A stretch of 22,716 nt of DNA from Myxococcota bacterium (GTDB lineage Bacteria; Myxococcota_A; UBA9160; UBA4427). Below, piece after piece: positions 16,878-22,716 of the stretch. Under the pieces are notes generated by a model. The model did not search any database and was not told the origin of the DNA. It worked only from the letters and a program-made list of their open reading frames with translations. Numbering within the stretch: position 1 is the stretch's first letter; each line of letters starts with the position of its first letter. A program made the position numbers and the translations under genes. Location of the stretch: the NCBI GenBank assembly GCA_036336835.1, contig JAYZFK010000050.1, forward strand, positions 1 to 22,716, in the 5' to 3' direction.

Positions 16878-18764
16878 TTGCATCGATTGGCGGCTTCGCT
16901 GTTTGCTTCCCTCCTGCTGGCGTGCTCCTCAGCGCCCGAGACCCCGCCGCCGAGGGCCGAGGTGCAACCGCCGAAGGCCGAGGTGCAACCGCCGAAAGAG
17001 CCCGAAATCGCGGCGGAGCCCGGCGTGAAGAGCGCCTACTTCGGCGACCTGCACATCCACTCGCGCTGGTCGTTCGACGCCTACTCCATGCAGGTGCGGG
17101 TTGGGCCCGAGGACGCCTATCGCTACGCGCGCGGCGAGGCGATCGATCACGTGTCGGGCACGAAGATCCAGATGACCGGCCCGCCGCTCGATTTCATGGC
17201 GCTGACCGAGCACGGCACCTACATGGGCGTGTCCGCGGCGCTGGACGACCCCGAGCACCGGCTGCGCAAGATCCCGTTCGTCCAGGAGCTCACCAGTCCC
17301 GACCCCGATGTCCGGGGCGCAGCACTCGCCAAGTTCATGGGGTCGCTCGGGTCGGGCCGCTCGATCCCCGAGCTCGTGAGCAACAAGGTGGTCGTCCCCA
17401 CCTGGACACGCATCGTCGAGCTTGCCGATCGCCACTACGTGCCCGGCGAGTTCACGAGCTTTCCCGCCTACGAGTACACGTCGATGCCAGACGGCCAGAA
17501 CCTGCATCGCAACGTGATCTTTCGGGGCTCGAAGGTACCGGCGCGACCGTTTTCGAGCCTCGATTCGCAGAACCCCGAGGACCTGTGGGCGTGGATGGAA
17601 AACGTCCGCAAGCGCGGCGATGAGGTGCTCGCCATCCCCCACAACGCAAATGGCAGCAATGGCCTGATGTACCGACGCGTCACCACCTCCGGCGATCCGA
17701 TCGACGCCCGTTATGCAGAGGTGCGCCTGCGCAATGAGCCGATCAGCGAGGTGATGCAGATCAAGGGGCAATCGGAGACCCATCCGGTGCTCTCGGTGGA
17801 CGACGAATGGGCGGATTTCGAGGTCGCGGACATGATCCTCGGTCGACCGACCGCCTACAGCGAGCCCGACGGAAGCTACCTGCGCGAGGCGCTCAAGACG
17901 GGACTCGAGCTCGAGGCGACCCGCGGACTCAATCCCTACCGCGTCGGCATGATCGGCTCTTCGGACGGTCACAACGCCTCGAGCCCGACCGAAGAGGCCA
18001 ACTACACCGGCAAACTCGGCGTGCTCGACGGCACTCCCGAGGCGCGCCTCGGCGGCGTGGCTCTTCCGTCGAGCGGCGACTTCGAGAGCGTCCCCAACAT
18101 GCCGCTCCGCTGGGGCGCGGCCGGCCTCGCGGGCGTGTGGGCCGAGTCGAACACGCGTGAAGCCCTGTTCGACGCGATGCGCGCAAAGGAAACCTTCGCA
18201 ACGTCCGGCCCGCGCATCCGGGTGCGCATGTTCGCGGGCTGGGCGTTCGAGCCTGCCGATCTCGAGGGCGACATCGCCGAGCGCGGCTACGCCGGCGGCG
18301 TGCCCATGGGCGGCGAGCTGAGTTCCGACACCGGTACACCGACGTTCCTGGTGCGGGCGCTCAAGGACCCGCTCGAAGCCCCGCTCGAGCGCCTGCAGAT
18401 CGTCAAGGGATGGGTCGAGGCCGGCCAGGCGCACGAGAAGGTCTTCGACATCGCGTGTGCCGACGGAGGCGCGCCCGATCCGGGTACTCATCGCTGCTCG
18501 CTCGCGTCGGTCCTGCCGGACCTGAGCGACTGCTCGATCGAGCCCGCCGACGGGCGCGATCAGCTATCCGCGTGGTGGCGCGACCCGGAATCGCGGCCCG
18601 CACAGCGCGCCTTCTACTACGTGCGGGTGCTGCAGATCCCGACCTGCCGCTGGAGCACATACGATGCCCTGCGGCTCGGCGTGCCGCGACCGACCGAAGT
18701 ACCGGCGACGATCCAGGAGCGCGCGGTGACCTCGCCAGTTTGGGTCGCTCCGAAGTCGTCGTAA
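16878..18764 (+). CDS. DUF3604 domain lipoprotein (PHP-like metallohydrolase fold), 628 aa
   Basis: SD GAGGT plus TTG 16878. Lipobox LLAC. Motifs YFGDLHIHSRWSFDA, LDFMALTEH, AYEYTS, NLHRNVIFR, IPHNANGSNG, EVMQIKGQSETHP, GSSDGHN, ETFATSGPR, YYVRVLQIPTCRWS, TIQERAVTSPVW. Confidence 0.92.
   Translation: MHRLAASLFASLLLACSSAPETPPPRAEVQPPKAEVQPPKEPEIAAEPGVKSAYFGDLHIHSRWSFDAYSMQVRVGPEDAYRYARGEAIDHVSGTKIQMTGPPLDFMALTEHGTYMGVSAALDDPEHRLRKIPFVQELTSPDPDVRGAALAKFMGSLGSGRSIPELVSNKVVVPTWTRIVELADRHYVPGEFTSFPAYEYTSMPDGQNLHRNVIFRGSKVPARPFSSLDSQNPEDLWAWMENVRKRGDEVLAIPHNANGSNGLMYRRVTTSGDPIDARYAEVRLRNEPISEVMQIKGQSETHPVLSVDDEWADFEVADMILGRPTAYSEPDGSYLREALKTGLELEATRGLNPYRVGMIGSSDGHNASSPTEEANYTGKLGVLDGTPEARLGGVALPSSGDFESVPNMPLRWGAAGLAGVWAESNTREALFDAMRAKETFATSGPRIRVRMFAGWAFEPADLEGDIAERGYAGGVPMGGELSSDTGTPTFLVRALKDPLEAPLERLQIVKGWVEAGQAHEKVFDIACADGGAPDPGTHRCSLASVLPDLSDCSIEPADGRDQLSAWWRDPESRPAQRAFYYVRVLQIPTCRWSTYDALRLGVPRPTEVPATIQERAVTSPVWVAPKSS
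16947..16996 (+). repeat. 21-bp in-frame tandem repeat (~2.4 copies) encoding PP(R/K)AEVQ
   Basis: CCGCCGAGGGCCGAGGTGCAA / CCGCCGAAGGCCGAGGTGCAA / CCGCCGAA; one mismatch between the full copies. Confidence 0.9.
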
Positions 18765-18777
18765 CACGCCCCGGACG

Positions 18778-18786
18778 TGGTAGCCT
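18778..18786 (+). promoter_or_regulatory. Extended -10 (TGnTAnnnT) upstream of GST
   Basis: TGGTAGCCT, about 77 nt upstream of the SD-led GTG start. Confidence 0.42.
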
Positions 18787-18863
18787 GCGGCCGCTGCGTC
18801 CCACATCGATCGACTGTCCACCCACCCGGCGCTCGGCTCGAGCCCCGGAAGCAGGAGACCCCC

Positions 18864-19475
18864 GTGAAGCTCTACAACTCGATGGGCCCCAACCCGAAGC
18901 TCGTTCGCATGTTCGCCGCCGAGAAGGGCTACGCCTTCTCGGAGACCGTCGAGGTCGATCTCGGCGGCGGCGAGAACCGCCGCGGCGACTACCTCGAGAA
19001 GAACCCGGCCGGTCAGCTCCCCTGCGTCGACCACGAAGGCACCGTGATCGCAGAGACGATCGCGATCTGCGAGCTGATCGAGGAGCTACAGCCCGAGCCC
19101 CCGCTGGTCGGTTCGACCGCAACCGAGCGCGCCGAGACGCGCATGTGGCTCCGACGCGCCGAGTGGAAGGTGATCCAGCCGATGGCCGACGGCTTCCGCT
19201 TCGCCGAAGGACTGCCGATCTTCAAGGATCGCGTTCGCACGCTTCCCGAGGCTGCCGATGGACTCAAGTCGATCGCGCGGGACGGGCTCGCGTGGTTCAA
19301 CGAGCAGCTCGCCGGTCGCGACACGATCGTGCCGGATCGCTTCACGCTGGTTGACGTCGCGCTGTTCAGCTTCCTCGAATTCGGTGCGATGGTCGGTCAG
19401 CCGATCGACTCGGAGAACAAGAACCTGCAGACGTGGTTCGAGAAGACGCAGGCGCGCCCGAGCGCCCAGGCCTAG
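18864..19475 (+). CDS. Glutathione S-transferase family protein (GTT2-like), 203 aa
   Basis: SD AGGAGA plus GTG 18864. MKLYNSMGPNPKLVRMFAAEKG, KNPAGQLP, IAETIAICELIEE, RFTLVDV. Confidence 0.92.
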   Translation: MKLYNSMGPNPKLVRMFAAEKGYAFSETVEVDLGGGENRRGDYLEKNPAGQLPCVDHEGTVIAETIAICELIEELQPEPPLVGSTATERAETRMWLRRAEWKVIQPMADGFRFAEGLPIFKDRVRTLPEAADGLKSIARDGLAWFNEQLAGRDTIVPDRFTLVDVALFSFLEFGAMVGQPIDSENKNLQTWFEKTQARPSAQA

Positions 19476-19481
19476 CTCGAC

Positions 19482-19603
19482 TCGAGGGGTGGGAGGCCGA
19501 GGCGGTCGGGCTCCTCGGCCTCGCACGGAGCGTCGAATTCCCGTGCGCCGAGCAACGGCACAGCGAGCGAGCGGCGGGCTGAAAGATCGCGGCGCCCCCT
19601 CGA
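19482..19603. repeat. Multi-hairpin palindromic intergenic element between convergent genes
   Basis: Terminal inverted repeat TCGAGGGG (19482-19489)/CCCCTCGA (19596-19603). It encloses GAGGCCGAGG/CCTCGGCCTC (19493-19502/19513-19522) and GCACGG/CCGTGC (19523-19528/19541-19546). Confidence 0.6.
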
Positions 19604-19611
19604 AGGGGCCC

Positions 19612-21231
19612 TCAGGCTGACAGATCGATCGTCGGCAGCTCGCGGCGAACGATCTTGTTCATCGCGTTGCGCGGCATCTCGTCGATCAGCTCGATCTTCT
19701 CGGGCACCTTGTACTTCGCCAGCCGCTTGCGACAGTGCTCGATCAGCTCGCACGGATCGAGCGTCTTGCCTGGTGCGAGCTGAACCCAGGCAGCCACGCG
19801 CTCTCCCAGCCGCTCGTCCGCAACTCCGACGACGGCGCAGGCCTCGACCCGGTCGTCTTCGTGCAGCACGCGCTCGATCTCGGCCGGATACACGTTTGCG
19901 CCGCCGCGCAGGATCATCAGGTTCTTGCGGTCGACGATGCTGAGATAACCCCGATCGTCCAGCCGGCCGATGTCGCCGGTGTGCAGCCGCCCCCCCTGGA
20001 TCGTCTCGGCGGTTGCGTCGGGGCGGCGCCAATAGCCGAGCATCGGCGTGTAGACACCGGCCCAGGGTCCGTCATCGACCGCCTCGACGCAGACCTCGCC
20101 GGACTCCCCGGCGCCGACTGGCAGCTCCCGGCCCTCGTCGTCGCGGATCGTCACGCGGATGTGCGGCAGCGCAACGCCGCTGGCACCCTGCACGCGCTCG
20201 CCGGGCGGATCCGTCGTCGTTACCGTCGGCATCTCGGTCAGGCCGTAGGTTCCCTGAACCGCGATGCCGAACTTGTCCTGGAAGGCGTCGATGATCGGCT
20301 GGGGACAATCGCCGCCGCCGAACAGCACGCGCGTCAGCGTCTGGAGATCTTCGGCGACCACCTGCGGGTCGTGAGCGAGGCTGTAGAGCAGCGCGGTCGG
20401 ACTGGTGAACAGCGTGACGCGCTCTTCGCGGATCCACTCGGCAACGCCCTGCGAATCGATGCGATCCATGAACACACAGGTCGCCCCCGCCTGCGCAACC
20501 AGCAGCGAGGTCAGCACCTGCATGTTGAGGATGGTCAGCGGAAAGCAATCGCCGCGACGCGCGCCCGGAAAGTAATCGCCCTGCGTCACCATCACCGCGC
20601 CGGGCACCAGCAGATTGTGGTGACTGTGGACGACGCCTTTGGGAAAACCCGTCGTGCCGCTCGTGTAGGCCAGCCCCGCGGGCTGGAAGGGATCGATCTC
20701 GACCTCGGGCGGCGACGCGCTGGCAGCGACGAGTAGCTGCTCCCACTCGCACCCGGGGTCGTCGCGATCGCACACGATGACCTGCCGAAGATCCGACAGG
20801 TCGGCCGAGACGTCCTCGAACTGCTGGGCCATCGCAGGGTCGCCGACCGCGAGTGACGCGCCCGCGTCCTCGAGCAGGAAGCGTTTCTCGGGTGGCGCCA
20901 GGTTCTGGTTGATGCCGAGCCAGATGGCGCCGAGCCGCAGCAAGCCGTGGAATCCGACCACGATGTCGACGTCGGCCGGCAGCGACATCGCCACTCGATC
21001 CCCAGCGCGCACGCCGAGCGAGGCGAAGGCGGAGGCCGCGCGGTCCGCCAGTCGATCGAACTCGGCGTAGCTGACGCGTTTGCTGCGCCCGACCAGAAAC
21101 TCCGCGTCCGGTCGCTCGGCGAGCGGCCGCTCGAGAACGTCGGCGACGGTGCGCGGCCCGTCCGGGATCGACGGGCGATGCGCCGGGCGCAGTAGCTCGG
21201 CAAAGGCCTCGTCGACGTCCAAGTCGGGCAT
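19612..21231 (-). CDS. Class I adenylate-forming enzyme (acyl-CoA ligase), 539 aa
   Basis: YTSGTTGFPKGVVHSH, TYGLTE, LHTGDIG, DRKNLMILRGGANVYPAEIE, LAKYKVP, MPRNAMNKI. Confidence 0.93.
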   Translation of the reverse strand: MPDLDVDEAFAELLRPAHRPSIPDGPRTVADVLERPLAERPDAEFLVGRSKRVSYAEFDRLADRAASAFASLGVRAGDRVAMSLPADVDIVVGFHGLLRLGAIWLGINQNLAPPEKRFLLEDAGASLAVGDPAMAQQFEDVSADLSDLRQVIVCDRDDPGCEWEQLLVAASASPPEVEIDPFQPAGLAYTSGTTGFPKGVVHSHHNLLVPGAVMVTQGDYFPGARRGDCFPLTILNMQVLTSLLVAQAGATCVFMDRIDSQGVAEWIREERVTLFTSPTALLYSLAHDPQVVAEDLQTLTRVLFGGGDCPQPIIDAFQDKFGIAVQGTYGLTEMPTVTTTDPPGERVQGASGVALPHIRVTIRDDEGRELPVGAGESGEVCVEAVDDGPWAGVYTPMLGYWRRPDATAETIQGGRLHTGDIGRLDDRGYLSIVDRKNLMILRGGANVYPAEIERVLHEDDRVEACAVVGVADERLGERVAAWVQLAPGKTLDPCELIEHCRKRLAKYKVPEKIELIDEMPRNAMNKIVRRELPTIDLSA

Positions 21232-21240
21232 GACGCGCGG

Positions 21241-21249
21241 ATCTTATCA
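21241..21249 (-). promoter_or_regulatory. Extended -10 TGATAAGAT upstream of the adenylate-forming enzyme
   Basis: TGn-TAAGAT, 9 nt before SD-less ATG 21231; an AT-rich island in a GC-rich context. Confidence 0.55.
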
Positions 21250-21257
21250 CGCGCGAA

Positions 21258-22181
21258 TCAGCCGGATCGCACACTCCCTGTCTCGAGCGGCGGCAGATCG
21301 AGCGCGCGGATCGTCCAGGCCAGGGCCACGGCGAGCTGCTCGCACTGGAAGTGACGAACGCGCGGTGCATCGGAGATTGCGGCCAGCCCGGCGCGCGCCG
21401 CAAAGAAGCCGCTGACCCAGGCCGACACCTCGGGGGCGTTGGGCAACACCGTCTCCGGCACCGGACCACCCTCTAGCTCGAGACTGGGCAGCCAGAAGCC
21501 GGTGTCGAGCGCGGGATTGCCGAGACAGGCAAGGTTCCAGTCGATCAGCACGACTCCGCGCTCGGTAAGACACAAGTTGTCACTGCGCACGTCGAGGTGG
21601 ACGACCGCGTCGCCGCCGGTTGCAGCGGACGCCTCGGCCGCCACCAGCGCCGGCAGGGCCCGCGCGAGCCAGGATTCGCTGACGAGCCGCAAGCCGAGCA
21701 AGGGCGTGGGGTTGGCCCGCACCGCCGCCCACCCGTCCGGCCCCCCCGCTGGGAAGTCGAAGCGGCGGCGCTCGTCGAATCGTGGGAGCGGCGCGCGCGC
21801 TGCGTGAACGCGATCGAGCGCCTGGCAGACGGCGCCGACTAGCGCGTCGTCCCACGGCGGAGGCCAGCGGCACTCGCTCAGATCCTCGAGCAGCAGTAGC
21901 GGCGCCTCGGGATGATCGTCCCAGCCGAGTGTGCGCGGCATGAACTCGGCCTCGAGCTGTCGGTAGACGGCGGCTTCGCCGCGGAGCGCTTCCGCAGTGA
22001 CGGACGTGGTCCCCGCCTTGGCGAAGGCGGTCTCGCCGGACTCACAGCCCACCAGCCAGCGTGCAGCCGGGGTGTAGCCTCCCTCGACGCGCCTCGCGCG
22101 CGTGACCCGACTCCCGAGCAGCGACTCGATGCGCTCTTGCAGAGTTCGTTCCAGTGCCAGTGCGGCGGGGACTCCGGGCAT
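21258..22181 (-). CDS. APH/choline-kinase-family phosphotransferase, ~307 aa
   Basis: EGGYTPA, AFAKA, LLLLEDL, catalytic HLDVRSDN, LIDWN. Start taken at ATG 22181 because the track's extension to 22457 overlaps the upstream gene. Confidence 0.85.
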   Translation of the reverse strand: MPGVPAALALERTLQERIESLLGSRVTRARRVEGGYTPAARWLVGCESGETAFAKAGTTSVTAEALRGEAAVYRQLEAEFMPRTLGWDDHPEAPLLLLEDLSECRWPPPWDDALVGAVCQALDRVHAARAPLPRFDERRRFDFPAGGPDGWAAVRANPTPLLGLRLVSESWLARALPALVAAEASAATGGDAVVHLDVRSDNLCLTERGVVLIDWNLACLGNPALDTGFWLPSLELEGGPVPETVLPNAPEVSAWVSGFFAARAGLAAISDAPRVRHFQCEQLAVALAWTIRALDLPPLETGSVRSG

Positions 22182-22303
22182 CGTGGCCGGAAGGATGCGT
22201 ACGCGTGATCGTCGCGCAACCCACGCCTCGACTTCGGCGCAGACATGGGCCGCATCGAGATCAGCGGCCGGCCCGGGATCCTCGGGGTGAGGCCGGGTAC
22301 GGC

Positions 22304-22716
22304 TCAGTGCACGACCGCGACCTCGACCGGGATCGCGTTCAACCCCGCGTTGCCGGACAGCGGATCCGCGGGCTCGGCCGGCGTGAGCCGATTGCTGTTG
22401 ACGCCCGCATGTCGCGCCGCCACGCCGAGCCGCGCGCCCTCGCTGTCGTGCCCCCACCCGTGCGGCAGGCTGACCACGCCGGGCTGCAGCGACTCGGTGA
22501 TCTCGACCCGCGCAATCAGCTCGCCGGCTGTCGAGCGCACGCGCGCCGACCCACCGTCGTCGAGCCCGAGACGACGCGCATCCACCGGGTGCACCTGCAG
22601 AGTGCAGCGCTCCCTGCCGCGCACGAGCGACTCGACGTTGTGCATCCAGGAGTTGTTCGAGCGCAGGTGGCGGCGACCGACGAGCAGCAGCTCGGGCCGC
22701 GGCGCGTCGAGTCCCG
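22304..22716 (-). CDS. Molybdopterin-dependent oxidoreductase, C-terminal molybdopterin-dinucleotide-binding domain (5' part outside the window)
   Basis: Frame is open to the window end: LLLVGRRHLRSNNSWMHN...VHPVDARRLGL...VRSTAG...PGVVSLPHGWGH...GVNSNRL...DPLSGNAGLNAIPVEV. Confidence 0.92.
   Translation of the reverse strand, partial: GLDAPRPELLLVGRRHLRSNNSWMHNVESLVRGRERCTLQVHPVDARRLGLDDGGSARVRSTAGELIARVEITESLQPGVVSLPHGWGHDSEGARLGVAARHAGVNSNRLTPAEPADPLSGNAGLNAIPVEVAVVH

Noticed and set aside
16947..16996. Direct repeats as a possible CRISPR array
   Set aside because: Head-to-tail in-frame 21-bp units with no spacers, inside a CDS, and no cas genes.
19482..19603. tRNA-like cloverleaf
   Set aside because: Too long, with no T-loop (TTCRA) or D-loop consensus in the right positions and no CCA end.
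10419..22181. Two APH-family genes as aminoglycoside-resistance determinants
   Set aside because: Only the general kinase fold motifs are shared. One is ACAD10/11-like and both sit in metabolic context with no mobile element.
22182..22457. 92-aa N-terminal extension of the - strand phosphotransferase
   Set aside because: It overlaps the molybdopterin oxidoreductase 3' end in another frame and is low-complexity Arg/Gly/Ala sequence.

Overview
GC-rich bacterial chromosomal segment with about 19 real protein-coding genes. I saw no rRNA, tRNA, CRISPR array, transposase or integrase, and no transcriptional regulator. Left half (1-12.5 kb): a partial MFS transporter lies divergent from a mostly tightly spaced + strand run of lipid/xenobiotic-type catabolic genes. 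These are a His-type 3Fe-4S ferredoxin, two cytochromes P450, an acyl-CoA synthetase, a DUF2254 membrane protein, two unrelated amidohydrolases, an LLM-class (probably F420-dependent) oxidoreductase, an ACAD10/11-N/LvaA-like kinase and an AttH/tocopherol-cyclase-like beta protein. Right half: a YYY-type GT-C-like membrane protein, a translationally coupled pair of an unknown coiled-coil/polytopic membrane protein plus a stand-alone vWA (MIDAS) lipoprotein, a DUF3604 lipoprotein and a GTT2-like GST. These converge on a - strand adenylate-forming ligase, an APH-family kinase and the C-terminus of a molybdopterin oxidoreductase. The vWA pair is the best candidate for an undescribed system. Other features: repeated -10 boxes just upstream of SD-less start codons (leaderless-type expression), a 6-codon uORF coupled to DUF2254, a 30-codon relic of a paralogous amidohydrolase, and a multi-hairpin intergenic element. 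The gene mix suggests uncultured Myxococcota/Binatia-like or actinobacterial lineages (inference only). All family calls are by motif recognition; no database search was run.
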